Source of the DNA: Phormidesmis sp.
GTDB taxonomy: Bacteria > Cyanobacteriota > Cyanobacteriia > Leptolyngbyales > Leptolyngbyaceae
DNA: 64,000 nucleotides
Direction of reading: 5' to 3'
NCBI GenBank assembly: GCA_965248535.1
Contig: CBDFJR010000002.1
Coordinates: forward strand, 64,001-128,000
Within the stretch, counting starts at the first letter, position 1. Each line of letters starts with the position of its first letter. The notes beneath the pieces are model-generated. The model had not been told where the DNA came from and made no database searches. It saw only the letters and a program-made list of their open reading frames with translations. This document shows, piece by piece, positions 1 through 10,868 of the stretch. A program made the position numbers and the translations under genes.

Positions 1-1
1 T

Positions 2-136
2 CCGATCGAGCGTCATTGGTATGTGGTGTATCCATCAGGCAAGCAGCTATCGGCGATCGCGCGGGCTTTCTTTGACTATTTGTTAAATGAGGGCAAACAA
101 GTGGCTGAAGAAACGGCGTTTGAAAGATTATTGTAG
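2..136 (+). CDS. C-terminal end of a CbbR-type LysR regulator (CmpR/NdhR-like), truncated by window edge
   Basis: Frame 2 reads PIERHWYVVYPSGKQLSAIARAFFDYLLNEGKQVAEETAFERLL*, resembling the C-terminus of cyanobacterial CmpR/NdhR; absent from ORF track. Confidence 0.75.
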   Translation, partial: PIERHWYVVYPSGKQLSAIARAFFDYLLNEGKQVAEETAFERLL

Positions 137-177
137 CGATCGTGGATTGGGTCGTTTTGGTGGGTGGGGTAGGCCTT

Positions 178-201
178 GGGCACGGCGGTGCCATGCCCCT
201 A
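178..201. repeat. REP-like palindrome GGGCACGGCGGTGCCATGCCCCTA between convergent genes
   Basis: Imperfect hairpin; related copies at 17246-17288 and 38508-38595. Confidence 0.7.
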
Positions 202-216
202 TCGTGCCGCTCTGGG

Positions 217-1410
217 TCACTCTGGTAACTTGTATTGCTCTACAATCCGTTTTGCGTAGTCTGGGACGTGTTTTTCTAGCTTGTCAGGATAGTTGCGTTT
301 GACATACAAATAGTTGCGGGTGAAGTGAGAATCGATCGAGAACCGGGCATATTCCAACCCTTTGGGGCCGATTTTCTCGATCACCACACCCATTAGTTTG
401 GCGGCCCACATCGGCAGCGTCACGCCCTTATCATAGGCAGGAATGCTCTGCTGCACGGCGTTTTTGCGATCGCCCTGCGACATCACGGGCTGCGTTTCGA
501 TCTGGTCGTGCACCAAGTCGAGCATTTCTTGCCCCCGATCGTTTCGCACCACAATCCACTGCCAGCCAAAGGGCGCACCCATATAGCCCACCACCAGATC
601 AGAGAGAGAATTTACATAGTCAAAGCAGCTTAGACACGAGGGCGCAAACACGTCTTTAAGCTCGTTGGTTTTTAGGCCAAAAAAGGGCACCAACTCCGTC
701 GAGCCATCTTCATGCTTAAAATGCACCTTGAAATCCTGCATAAACTCGTAGTAGACCACCGTATCCGGCGATCGACTGGTCGTATCCAGAAATTTTTGTA
801 ATCCCGCACGAGTCACGTTATCCGTGCAGGGCGTGCCCAACACATAGAGTTTCTCAAGTCCTAACTGTTTTTCAACGGCGCGCAGAGCTTGAATCTGACA
901 GCCGACCCCGATCGCTAACAGTCGCTTCATGCCCGACTGTTCGATCTCTTCTAAAATTGACAAATTGGGCGATAGGGTCGGTTTATTGACCCGTGCAGCG
1001 AGAATGTCTGCGGGCGTGCGGGCGATCACAGGTTTAGGCTGAAAGCGATCGTCCTCGCTATTTTGCACACAGACAACTCCTTCGACCATGCCGCGATTGA
1101 GCATTTCGATGGCGATCGCACTCACAATGCCCGTCCACTGCGCTCCTGGAATTGGCTCTGTTTTCCGCGCTGCCATCATGGCTTGACTCACGCCAAAATA
1201 CCAATCATCGGGATTGTCTAAATCGCGACTGCGCCCGTGAACGGTTTCTTCGAGCGCGGCAATCTGCTGATGGAGAAACGCACAGGCATCTTTGACATAG
1301 TGAATATAGTAGGTGTCACACAGCCCACACTCGCTGCACAGTTCTTTAGCGGGGCGACGGCTAGAAGATTTGAGGGCTTTTGCCTTTTTGTGAGGATGCG
1401 CCAGAGTCAT
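217..1410 (-). CDS. bciB: Ferredoxin-dependent 8-vinyl (divinyl chlorophyllide) reductase, FrhB family
   Basis: ELCSECGLCDTYYIHYVK Fe-S motif, GAQWTGIVS, VNKPTLSPNL, GVGCQ, SCLSCFDY as in Synechocystis Slr1923; likely start MTLAHPHKK at 1410 (ORF track 1437). Confidence 0.9.
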   Translation of the reverse strand: MTLAHPHKKAKALKSSSRRPAKELCSECGLCDTYYIHYVKDACAFLHQQIAALEETVHGRSRDLDNPDDWYFGVSQAMMAARKTEPIPGAQWTGIVSAIAIEMLNRGMVEGVVCVQNSEDDRFQPKPVIARTPADILAARVNKPTLSPNLSILEEIEQSGMKRLLAIGVGCQIQALRAVEKQLGLEKLYVLGTPCTDNVTRAGLQKFLDTTSRSPDTVVYYEFMQDFKVHFKHEDGSTELVPFFGLKTNELKDVFAPSCLSCFDYVNSLSDLVVGYMGAPFGWQWIVVRNDRGQEMLDLVHDQIETQPVMSQGDRKNAVQQSIPAYDKGVTLPMWAAKLMGVVIEKIGPKGLEYARFSIDSHFTRNYLYVKRNYPDKLEKHVPDYAKRIVEQYKLPE

Positions 1411-1522
1411 GGGAGGGCAGAGTCTATAAAAGGTCACTAGTGATCACAATAGCCTAATGCTGTCGTCTGAACTCGTCTCTGGTTGCTATCTTGAACAGAG
1501 TGATATTTATTGAGGACGATCG

Positions 1523-1771
1523 ATGCAGCCTGAGGTCAATAAACCTGCTATCAGCGTTTGGGACTATAAGCCGTGGTGGTGTCAGCCTTGGTCAATTCTT
1601 TTAACCGGAGTCACGCTGATTAGCGGCAGTTGGGTTGTGTTTAAGACAATTTGGGTGACGGTGCTGGTGGCAATTCCGATCGTGACGTGGATGGTTTTTT
1701 TTCTGCTGATCTACCCAAAATCGATGGCTGAAAGTGGTTTGTTGCCGACAGAAGAGCTTGATCGCGGTTGA
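1523..1771 (+). CDS. Small conserved membrane protein (DUF6737-like)
   Basis: WDYKPWWCQPWSILLTG motif, two hydrophobic segments, GAGG RBS. Confidence 0.7.
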   Translation: MQPEVNKPAISVWDYKPWWCQPWSILLTGVTLISGSWVVFKTIWVTVLVAIPIVTWMVFFLLIYPKSMAESGLLPTEELDRG

Positions 1772-1836
1772 TTAAAAGCGCGATCGTGAGAATTTCAAGA
1801 AGAATTTCGTCGTCAAAATCAGACCGAAGTTTGCTT

Positions 1837-2490
1837 CTACTCTTTGCCAAACTCCGATATTAGCCATGCGACAACCTGACTTTGATTGGTTTGACGAGAT
1901 TGTTGCAGCGCGTTTTGAAGCAGCGCGATTTGTAGATTGGGCAATACTTTAGATTCTGTAATGCGATAGCTGCCTTGGTTCTCGATCGCAAACGCTAACA
2001 CTCGAACGTTTTTTACGTCTAAAACCCAATACTCTGCGACCCCCAAATCTTCATACAGCAATCGCTTTGCCCCTTGATCGTCAGCGAGAGAAGTGTTTGC
2101 GACTTCAATCACTAGATCAGGAGGTGGATAGGTATCTAAGTCGATAATGCTAGTCCCCCACGGAATTGCATCGGCATTATCTCCGATGTAATATGCAATA
2201 TCGGGTTGAGCCTCCTCAAACCCTACTTTGCGGAACGTGCAGTTTGTCAATCCTTGAGTGGGAATGGCTTTGAGACCACAAAATAGATTGACTGTAAAAC
2301 TCGCGATCGTGTTGTCAGCAGCGTGGTCATGCCCAAGAGGAGCCATTTCAATCCTCATCTTATGGTCATAATAATATCCTTTGGCTTTCGCATAAGCCTG
2401 ATGCTCAATCACTTGCAGATACTCTTCCCAAGTGGCGCTAACCCATGTGTCGGTGGGAATTTGAACCTGTTGCATATCTGTAAGCGGCAC
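1837..2490 (-). CDS. Uma2 family PD-(D/E)XK endonuclease-like protein
   Basis: ATWEEY, QPDIAYY, PPDLVIEVA, LYEDLGVAEYWV motifs. Confidence 0.85.
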   Translation of the reverse strand: MPLTDMQQVQIPTDTWVSATWEEYLQVIEHQAYAKAKGYYYDHKMRIEMAPLGHDHAADNTIASFTVNLFCGLKAIPTQGLTNCTFRKVGFEEAQPDIAYYIGDNADAIPWGTSIIDLDTYPPPDLVIEVANTSLADDQGAKRLLYEDLGVAEYWVLDVKNVRVLAFAIENQGSYRITESKVLPNLQIALLQNALQQSRQTNQSQVVAWLISEFGKE

Positions 2491-2642
2491 ATCAAATGAG
2501 GATATTCACACGCTATCACACCGTTAGAGTTTGAATTCGAGATGAGCTTTAAAACACAGACCACGACTGATTTGACTGACAATCTCTCGAAGCTGCATTC
2601 TGATTGCTATGGTGAATATGGCAATTTTAGTACGTCGCTCTC

Positions 2643-3977
2643 TTGACCCAAAACTCTCGCCAACTCGCCTTTCTTGCCCTCCGCAGCGTTCATCGAGGTG
2701 CGTTTGCAGATGTCGCTGTCGATAAAGTGCTGCATCAGACCGACTTAAGTGCTGTCGATCGCCGCTTGCTGACCGAGCTAGTCTATGGCTGTGTGAGACG
2801 ACAGCGATCGCTAGATGCCCTGATTGACCAACTCGCGACTAAAAAAACTCAACAACCCTCAGACCTGCGAATCATTTTGCAATTGGGATTGTATCAACTG
2901 CGCTATCTCAATCAAATTCCGGCATCGGCGGCGGTCAACACCACCGTTGAGTTGGCCAAACAAACTGGGTTTTCAGGATTAACCGGGTTTGTTAACGGCT
3001 TACTGCGGCAATATCTACGCGCCAGCGAAGCCAGCGATCCCCTCCAGCTATCTGACAACCCGATCGAGCGATTAGGCGTTTTGCACAGCCTCCCAGATTG
3101 GATTGTGCAAGTTTGGCTCGATCAGTTTGGGATCACAGAAACCGAAAAGCTCTGCGACTATATGAACCAGCCCCCTCACCTTGATTTGAGGGTGAATACG
3201 CTGCGCTCATCTCTAGCTCAAGTCGAGGCTGCCATGCAGTCTGCGGGCATTCACGTTCAGCGAGTGCCCCACCTGCCCCAAGCGCTGAGAGTGCCGCAAG
3301 GGTCAGGGGCGATTCAGCATCTACCGGGGTTTCAAGAAGGCTGGTGGATCGTCCAAGACAGTAGCGCTCAATTAGTGGGCTATCTTGTCGATCCGCAGTC
3401 AGGCGAAGTGGTGGCCGATGCGTGTGCGGCTCCGGGAGGCAAAACCATGCACCTGGCAGAATTGATGCACGACAGCGGAACGGTTTGGGCCTGCGATCGT
3501 ACCCCTTCTCGCCTGAAGCGATTGCAGCAAAATGTCGATCGCTTGCACTTAAAATCTATCCAAATTCACGTCGGCGACAGTCGAGAGTTGCCGCAGTTAG
3601 TCGGGCAGTGCGATCGCGTGCTGATCGATGCTCCCTGCTCTGGGTTAGGAACCCTCAACCGCCACGCTGACGCACGGTGGCGGCAAACGCCCGAAACGGT
3701 GGCAAAATTGTCTCAGCTTCAGCAAGAAATTCTCGCTCACACGGCATCGTGGGTTAAGCCCAACGGCAGTTTAGTCTATGCCACCTGCACCCTGCACCCT
3801 GCCGAAAATGAGTCAGTGATTCACAACTTTTTGAGTCAAAATCCTGATTGGCGGGTTGACAGCCCAGGGCTTGATTCAGCGATCGCGCCTTTTCTAAACC
3901 CTGAGGGATGGGCAAAAGTGCTGCCTCACCGACAGGGCATGGATGGGTTTTTTATGATAAGACTAAAGCGGGCGTAA
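2643..3977 (+). CDS. rsmB: 16S rRNA m5C967 methyltransferase (Sun/Fmu)
   Basis: NusB-like N-terminus, DACAAPGGKT, DAPCSGLG, YATCT, DGFF. Confidence 0.95.
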   Translation: MTQNSRQLAFLALRSVHRGAFADVAVDKVLHQTDLSAVDRRLLTELVYGCVRRQRSLDALIDQLATKKTQQPSDLRIILQLGLYQLRYLNQIPASAAVNTTVELAKQTGFSGLTGFVNGLLRQYLRASEASDPLQLSDNPIERLGVLHSLPDWIVQVWLDQFGITETEKLCDYMNQPPHLDLRVNTLRSSLAQVEAAMQSAGIHVQRVPHLPQALRVPQGSGAIQHLPGFQEGWWIVQDSSAQLVGYLVDPQSGEVVADACAAPGGKTMHLAELMHDSGTVWACDRTPSRLKRLQQNVDRLHLKSIQIHVGDSRELPQLVGQCDRVLIDAPCSGLGTLNRHADARWRQTPETVAKLSQLQQEILAHTASWVKPNGSLVYATCTLHPAENESVIHNFLSQNPDWRVDSPGLDSAIAPFLNPEGWAKVLPHRQGMDGFFMIRLKRA

Positions 3978-3999
3978 GGTCGGGAGCAGCGACAAACCG

Positions 4000-4410
4000 A
4001 TGACAACAGATAGGAAAACACTGGTGAAAATTCTAGTCGGGGTCGCTTGGCTCGACGGCACAGTTCAGCCCGAAGAACGGCAACACCTACATCGGGTTGC
4101 TTTAGAAAAAGGGGTGGCGGACGATCGTGAACTCCGGCCGCTCTTGCATGGGCTGCGATCGGTGAAGCCCGAAGAATGCTATCAGTGGCTCGGAGAATAT
4201 CTGGGGGATCGCCCCACCTCTGAGACCTGTCAAAGCCTAATTGAGTCAATTAGCGCTCTGATCTACAGCGATGGGACGGTGGCGATCGAGGAAGCCAAAC
4301 TCCTGACAAGGTTACAGCTAATCGACACCAGCAGCACCCCAGAGACTTTCTATGAAAAAGTGGTGTCTGCGCTTCGCAAACTCTATCAGCATTGGCTCGC
4401 TGAACTTTAG
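4000..4410 (+). CDS. TerB family protein
   Basis: Two AWLDGTVQPEE / IYSDGTVAIEE TerB-type motifs. Confidence 0.75.
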   Translation: MTTDRKTLVKILVGVAWLDGTVQPEERQHLHRVALEKGVADDRELRPLLHGLRSVKPEECYQWLGEYLGDRPTSETCQSLIESISALIYSDGTVAIEEAKLLTRLQLIDTSSTPETFYEKVVSALRKLYQHWLAEL

Positions 4411-4425
4411 AAACCTCAAAGGGTG

Positions 4426-4635
4426 TTATAAACCGGGCGTTTCTTCTTTTTTGACTTCTGGCACCACGTCAGGTCGCTCTTTATCTTCCCAGCCAACCGG
4501 ACGCTTGGAGTTATACCAGGCCAGCGACCCAAAGGTGACAGCGGCGATGAACCCGACGACGTACACAACCGTGGCAGACACCGGAAAGTTCATGCCACCA
4601 TAGCTAGACACATCCATCAAAATACTCATTTGCAT
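4426..4635 (-). CDS. psb35: Photosystem II assembly factor Psb35
   Basis: Single TM helix GFIAAVTFGSLAWYNSKRPVGWEDKERPD typical of Psb35; start codon uncertain. Confidence 0.7.
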   Translation of the reverse strand: MQMSILMDVSSYGGMNFPVSATVVYVVGFIAAVTFGSLAWYNSKRPVGWEDKERPDVVPEVKKEETPGL

Positions 4636-4721
4636 AGCCCCTCAAAAATTTTACTAGCGTCAGGATATTAGAGTGAGTATAGCAATACATCCCCCACAGG
4701 TTTGATCCCCTAACAGTCTGG

Positions 4722-7177
4722 CTAATTTCCGGGTGGGGGCAGAGGGTCTGAAGCCGCCGGAGCCGGATCGGGTGGCGCTGCCCGCCGAGGAGCGGGTTGA
4801 GCTGGGGGAGCGGCCGCTTCAGGAGGAGGAGCTTCACGGTGCGGGGCAGGATCATAAGACTTCTCAGCCGGAGCCGGATCAGCCGGGGCAGGATCATAGG
4901 AGCGTTCAGATTTGGGCGCTGAATAGCTGCTTTCTGCGGGGGCAGGCTCAGAGCTACGCCGACTCTGAGACTCGTCAGGATCAGCAGAGCCACCCAGCGA
5001 TCGGGTGCGGCTGGGGTTGACGGGTTCGGCTTTGAGGCTGCCTTTACGATCGTCCAAATTGCTAGGAATCTCTGGAAACTTCTGGACGGGCATTCCCTCG
5101 ACTGAGGTTTTCATAAATTGGTGCCAGGCATAGGCGGCGGTGCCGCTGCTGCCCCAAGTAGGGCTATTGTCGTCGTTGCCCAGCCACACCCCCGCCACCA
5201 GTTGAGGAATGTAACCAATAAACCAGAGATCGCGGGCGCTCTCAGACGTGCCTGTTTTGCCAGCGACCGGGCGACCAATTTGGGCGGCGCGTCCCGTGCC
5301 GTCAGAGACGACATTTCGCAGCATCCAGGTCATGATCGCGGCGGTGTCAGCATCAAAACTTGCTTGCTTTTAGCGTCAGACTCATAGAGCACCTTGCCCC
5401 GACTGTTGGTGATGCGGCGAATGCCGTGAGGCTCGATCGCTTTACCCTGAGCCGCCAAGGTGCCATAAGAACTGACCAACTCCAGCAAATTGACCTCATA
5501 GGCTCCCAACGCCATCGCATAAGTTGGACTCATCTTGGAGTGAATGCCCATGCTTTCGGCAGTTTTGATAACGGGGCTAAACCCAACATCAATCAGGGTT
5601 TTGACCGCCACTACATTCACTGATCCTGTCAAGGCATCGCGAATGTTTACCCAGCCTTTATATTTATTGCTGTAGTTTTTGGGCTGGTAGCCATCCACTA
5701 CAAAGCGCTCGTCTAAATAAGAACGATAGGGAGAAAATCCGGCGGCGATCGCCGTTGTGTAGACAAAGGATTTAAACGTCGAACCAGGCTGGCGCTGGGC
5801 CTGGGTGGCTCGGTTAAACTGACTTTCTTTATAAAAGTCATAGCCGCCGACCATCGCCCTAACTTCACCATTGCGGGGATCGATAGCCACCATGGCCGCT
5901 TGCTTAAAGCCTTCTGCCGCTCCATCGACCTCGATCGCGTCTTTGATCGCTTTGTCGGCCGCTTTTTGAAACGTTGGGTTGAGGGTCGTTTCGATCGTGA
6001 TTCCACCTGCGTCGAGGGCCGCTTTTGAGACATATTTGGGCAACTGCTGCTGAATGTAGTAAGTGAAATATGGCGAATCACTTTCTATTTTCTTAGGCGA
6101 GTTTGGCTTGATTTTCAGATCTTCAGCTTTGGCAGACTCAGCTTCAGCAGTCGTGACATAGCCAGCCTCAACCATTTTGTCTAATACGACATTGCGCCGC
6201 TCACGAGCCTTCTCTAAGCTGACTAACGGCGAATAGAGACTCGGCGCAGGCGGAAGCCCAGCGATCGTGGCCGATTCTGAGAGGGTCAGTTGGCTGACCG
6301 ACTTGCTGAAATAGATCCACGCCGCATCGCCGACCCCGTAGGCATTAGACCCTAGATAAACCAGGTTGAGATAGCGTTCTAGAAGCTGTTGCTTATCGAC
6401 TTCTCGCTCTAGCTTTTGAGCCAAGAGAGCCTCTCTCACTTTGCGCCCAACGCTGCGGTCTTGGTTGAGAAACACGACACGCGCTAGCTGTTGAGTGATC
6501 GTGCTGCCGCCTTCGACTAACCCGCCAGAGGTGAGGTTGCGCCCGATCGCTCGCACGATCGCCTGATAGTCAACCCCTTTATGCTCATAAAATCGCCGAT
6601 CTTCCGAGGCAATAAAGGCATTGATCAACGGCTTAGGAATCTGCCCGATCGTCAGTTTTTCGCGGGTCGCTGGCCCTAGCTGGTGCAGCACGGTGCCATC
6701 TGAGGCCTTGATGGTGAGGGTGCCAGGGCGGGCAAATACTGCTAGATCAGCCGGATTGGGAAGATTGCGATCGATCTCCCAGGCAGCATATTTAAAGACC
6801 CCAAAACCGCCTAGCAAAAGCGCTAACCAAAGAATTCTCCGCCGCACGACTGGCTTTTTCAGGGGCGAGGGCAGCTTTTGCTCAAGCTGGTTAAGCCGTT
6901 TGTTGGCTTTGTCGAGATTGGACTGTAGCCCCGGTAGCCGAAGGTTATTCAGCACATTTGTCAGTCTGCGGTTTTTCCGGGTGCGACGATCGCGTCGTGC
7001 GGGTTGCCGATCTTGATCGTTGGGTCCGTCTGTCATGGCTTCCCGCCTAGTTGCTTGGGAGTTATGAGTAGATCTGCCTGCATCTGAGCCATCCTTCGTC
7101 ACGATTAGCACCTCATCTCGCCAAGGTTTTAGGGTCAGAAGGTTGGGATCACAATTCTGACACTCAGATTGACCCAA
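4722..7177 (-). CDS. Class A penicillin-binding protein (PBP1A) split by one frameshift near 5355; Pro-rich C-terminal tail
   Basis: Transglycosylase EDRRFYEH, GGSTITQQ; transpeptidase STFK and SVN in 5330..7177, KTG in 4722..5333; restoring one base gives KQVL-DADTAAIMTWML; true start may be lower (e.g. 7036). Confidence 0.85.
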
Positions 7178-7349
7178 ACCATTCGTCTAGTCAACCGTAT
7201 CGATCAAATTATTGTGATCTTTGACCCAAGTTGCGGAGTCAGAGTAGGCGATCGTTTATCGTCTTGGAGGTTAGTGTACAAGACTTCTGGATGAAACAGC
7301 AGTGAATTTAGCTGAAAAAATAGCGCCATTCTAGCAATCATCCACTGAC

Positions 7350-8369
7350 TTAAAGCGCGGCGTGACCAAAGGACAGAGCAGCAACCAACATTCCCAACAC
7401 CAAAAAAGGTTGAGCGCTAGCTTGATATTTCACATCATTCTTGAGCGGATCGCGCAGAAAATACATATCTTGAAAGGTAATTTGCGGAATGATCAGCAGA
7501 ATCAGAATCGTTGCATAGAGGTTTTGATGAATGGTGATCAGATAGGCCGCGATCCCCGCTTGAAACAGATCGATCATCAAAACGCAGATCCAAGCAGCTT
7601 TGGTGACCCCAAACATCACAGGCAGTGATTTGAGTCCGAGTTGGCGATCGCCTTCTACACTTTTGAAGTCATTAATAATCGCAATTCCTAACCCCGAAAA
7701 GCTATAGAAGAGCGTCAGCAGCACGATCGTGCTGTCTAACTCGCCAAACAGGGCGTGACCCGTCCACCAGGGAATCGCAATATAGCTTGCGCCGAGGGCA
7801 AAGCTGCCCATCCAGCCATTTTGCTTGAGCTTGAGGGGCGGCGCAGAGTAGATATAGGACAAAAAAGAACCCCCGATCGCCAGTGCTGTAATCGTCGGAA
7901 ACTCATGCCCTGCCCACTGGTCAAGCGCATAGGCAACGCCGATCCCGGCAATTAGCAGCACCCAGATTTGCACCACGACCTGAGGCAGCGAAATCGCCCC
8001 AGAGGGAATCGGGCGATAGGGTTCGTTAATGGCATCGATCTCACGATCGTAGTAATCGTTAAGAATCTGCGTGTAGCCCGTCAATAATGGCCCCGCCAAC
8101 AGCATACAGGCGGCGGCGATCAGCACATTTTCTAATGTCCAAGTGTAGTTGCCCGACGACGCTGCCCCGCAGATAATGCCCCACATGAGCGGAATCCAGG
8201 TGATCGGCTTCATCAACTGCAAGCGGATTTTCGCGATCGAGGCTCCTTTCACGTCGGCTCCTTTCATGCCGAGGAGTTGACGAGTTTTTGCACTGCGATC
8301 GGAGTCGCGAAGCGCTGAAGAATCGCCCGTTACGTCAGTCTCAGGGGGGGTAGAGTCAGCCATAGCCAA
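7350..8369 (-). CDS. chlG: Chlorophyll synthase
   Basis: RQLLGMKGA, LMKPITWIP, NDYYDREIDAINEPYRPIPSG, NDFKSVEGD, KYQASAQPF. Confidence 0.97.
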   Translation of the reverse strand: MAMADSTPPETDVTGDSSALRDSDRSAKTRQLLGMKGADVKGASIAKIRLQLMKPITWIPLMWGIICGAASSGNYTWTLENVLIAAACMLLAGPLLTGYTQILNDYYDREIDAINEPYRPIPSGAISLPQVVVQIWVLLIAGIGVAYALDQWAGHEFPTITALAIGGSFLSYIYSAPPLKLKQNGWMGSFALGASYIAIPWWTGHALFGELDSTIVLLTLFYSFSGLGIAIINDFKSVEGDRQLGLKSLPVMFGVTKAAWICVLMIDLFQAGIAAYLITIHQNLYATILILLIIPQITFQDMYFLRDPLKNDVKYQASAQPFLVLGMLVAALSFGHAAL

Positions 8370-8386
8370 GAGTTAGTTGAAAAGGT

Positions 8387-9487
8387 CTAGAACGAAATAA
8401 TCAGATAGCCATCTTGAAACTTAGCCCCTTTCACCGATTGCCCTCGCAGTTGGGGCGGCAGATCGACGTTACGACGCTGATCGCCTGCTTCGATCGTGAT
8501 TTCAGGGCCCGATTGGGTCAGTTTGACTTGCTTTTTATCAAACCCTGGCAAAAAGAGCGAAACTTTACGCTCAGAGATATTCACGGCGATCGGGCGCGGA
8601 GCCTGACTAGCCTGATCCTGAAAGTTGGGCAGGACATCCATCAACGGCTGCCAATCATTAACCGACTGGATCGGAACCGTCGTCACCAAAAGCGGATCAA
8701 AGGCAGTCGGCACCTGATCCTCTGCGGCAACCCGATTCAAAATCACGCCGCCCACCGTCAAGCCAATCTGTTGAGCACTGCCCCAGAGATATTGGGCTGT
8801 GGCGATCGCCGCCGAGTCAGAGGTCGTCACCAAATAAGCCGCCATGCGCTGCGGGTTATTGACCGCCTGCTTGCCCTGCTCTAGCAGATCATTGACCTGA
8901 CCCGTGGGTTGAGCAAAGTTGTCGCCGATAAAGCTAACATTCGTCAAAACGGTGCTCGCCGCAAGCTGAATCGCAGGCGACAGCGTTTTGCCTAAGTCAG
9001 ACTCCACAAACAGCTTGCGAAAGCGGCGAATATACCAGCTAATTGTTTCGGGCATTCCCAGCATTCGCAGCGTCGCTTGGTCGCCCGACCCGTCATAGAC
9101 GATCGCATCGTAGCTGCCACTGCCGTCATAGTCACGAAGGGCATTGAGAGCCAGGGCCGTGTCCATGCCTGGCAAAACGCCTAATTCTTGACCAAACACT
9201 TCTTTGAAAAAAGGGGTGCGAAGATATTGCGCTTCTAGCTTTTTGAGTTCTTCCCAACTGCGCTCTAACAGTGTCGCGGTTTGTAGCTGAACGGCGTATA
9301 GATGGGGTGAAATCTCTTGGGGATCAAGGCTCAGAGTCTGACCCAAAGCCGCCCCAAACGCCGGACTGGAATCCTGTCCGATCAGCAGAACTCGTTTGCC
9401 TTGAGCGGCAAGTTTTTTGGCGGCCGCGATCGCGATCGTCGTTCGCCCCGTGCCACCTTTGCCTAGAAACGTCAAAATAAAAGCCAT
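8387..9487 (-). CDS. ArsA/Get3-family ATPase with C-terminal alpha-crystallin-like domain (Get3d-like)
   Basis: P-loop GKGGTGRTT; C-terminal LPGFDKKQVKLTQSGPEITIEAGDQRRN; adjacent to chlG. Confidence 0.85.
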   Translation of the reverse strand: MAFILTFLGKGGTGRTTIAIAAAKKLAAQGKRVLLIGQDSSPAFGAALGQTLSLDPQEISPHLYAVQLQTATLLERSWEELKKLEAQYLRTPFFKEVFGQELGVLPGMDTALALNALRDYDGSGSYDAIVYDGSGDQATLRMLGMPETISWYIRRFRKLFVESDLGKTLSPAIQLAASTVLTNVSFIGDNFAQPTGQVNDLLEQGKQAVNNPQRMAAYLVTTSDSAAIATAQYLWGSAQQIGLTVGGVILNRVAAEDQVPTAFDPLLVTTVPIQSVNDWQPLMDVLPNFQDQASQAPRPIAVNISERKVSLFLPGFDKKQVKLTQSGPEITIEAGDQRRNVDLPPQLRGQSVKGAKFQDGYLIISF

Positions 9488-9520
9488 GTTTAACTATTCC
9501 GAGCCAACTGAACCATCAGA

Positions 9521-9569
9521 GTTTTGAATTTTGAATCAACGCGGTTGATCGAGAATTCAAAATTCAAAC
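9521..9569. repeat. Hairpin built from heptamer repeats (TTTTGAA)2 ... (TTCAAAA)2
   Basis: TTTGAATTTTGAAT pairs with ATTCAAAATTCAAA; inner ATCAAC/GTTGAT stem. Confidence 0.6.
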
Positions 9570-9615
9570 CTCCGTTATTTCCCCATGTTAGCGACTGCAC
9601 AGAATCGGGCGCGTT

Positions 9616-9810
9616 TTAATTAGACGACTCTAGTTCGTCTTCAAAAAACCAGGTTCCGGTGTTGTCTTCAAACTGAACTAACAGGCCAACGCCGCAACCA
9701 TCCACAACTTTATAGTCGCGAATTGTGCCGCTTTGACCCAGCTTTTTAATGATTTCCTGAGAAACCCGATCGCGTAACCGTCGAACCCGAACTTTTTGAC
9801 CGATTTCCAT
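9616..9810 (-). CDS. petP: Cytochrome b6f-associated subunit PetP (DUF2862)
   Basis: MEIGQKVRVRRLRDRV...VDGCGVG...WFFEDEL; start taken at ATG 9810. Confidence 0.85.
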   Translation of the reverse strand: MEIGQKVRVRRLRDRVSQEIIKKLGQSGTIRDYKVVDGCGVGLLVQFEDNTGTWFFEDELESSN

Positions 9811-9965
9811 TGCAAAGAATGATAACGATTGAGACAGATTGATACAAGCCACTCAAAAGTCTACCAGGATGTTGCATCAGATTAAGGCTTTTGGTTGCTC
9901 ATCATCCATAAACAACAAAAGGCGGAATGGTAGGATTCAAAGACTATTTCAGTCTCAGAGGCTCC

Positions 9966-10736
9966 ATGCTGGCTAAAAGAATCTTGCCCTGTCTAGATGT
10001 GAAAGCGGGGCGTGTCGTCAAGGGCATCAATTTTGTCGATCTGCGAGACGCGGGCGATCCCGTTGAGTTGGCCCAAGCTTATAACGAGGCTGGCGCTGAC
10101 GAACTGGTGTTTCTCGACATCACCGCCACCCACGAAGATCGAGATGTGATCTACGACGTGGTTTATCGAACGGCAGAGCAGGTGTTTATTCCTCTGACGG
10201 TGGGCGGCGGCATCAATACATTAGAAACGATTAAAAAATTGCTGCGAGCCGGGGCTGACAAGGTGAGCATTAATTCCTCTGCGGTGCGTGATCCTGATTT
10301 TATTAACCGCGCTAGCCAGCGATTTGGCAATCAGTGTATTGTGGTCGCGATCGATGCGCGTCGTCGCCCTGATCCCACTAATCCCGGCTGGGATGTGTTT
10401 GTGCGTGGCGGGCGAGAAAACACGGGGTTGGACGCGATCGCGTGGGCTAAAGAAGTTGCAGAACGCGGAGCCGGAGAGCTTTTGATCACGAGCATGGATG
10501 CCGATGGCACTCAGGCTGGCTATGATTTAGACCTGACTCGGATGATCGCAGAACAGGTACAGATCCCCGTGATTGCCTCAGGAGGCGCAGGTAACTGTGA
10601 GCACATTTATGAAGCCGTCACTGAAGGAAAAGCCGAGGCAGCCCTACTTGCATCGTTGTTACATTACGGACAGTTAAGCGTAGCTGAGATTAAAACTTAT
10701 TTAAGCGATCGCCAGATTCCGGTGCGCGTCACATAG
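9966..10736 (+). CDS. hisF: Imidazole glycerol phosphate synthase cyclase subunit
   Basis: [39 protein letters not shown]. Confidence 0.97.
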   Translation: MLAKRILPCLDVKAGRVVKGINFVDLRDAGDPVELAQAYNEAGADELVFLDITATHEDRDVIYDVVYRTAEQVFIPLTVGGGINTLETIKKLLRAGADKVSINSSAVRDPDFINRASQRFGNQCIVVAIDARRRPDPTNPGWDVFVRGGRENTGLDAIAWAKEVAERGAGELLITSMDADGTQAGYDLDLTRMIAEQVQIPVIASGGAGNCEHIYEAVTEGKAEAALLASLLHYGQLSVAEIKTYLSDRQIPVRVT

Positions 10737-10868
10737 AGAAACCCCACGACTGACAGGCGTTTCAAACTATTCGCCAAATTCACAATCTGCACTATGATTG
10801 AGATCTGACCTGATTACACATCTTAAAAAAAGCAACGTTTTATGAGCGTCTGTTACACTGTGTAAACT

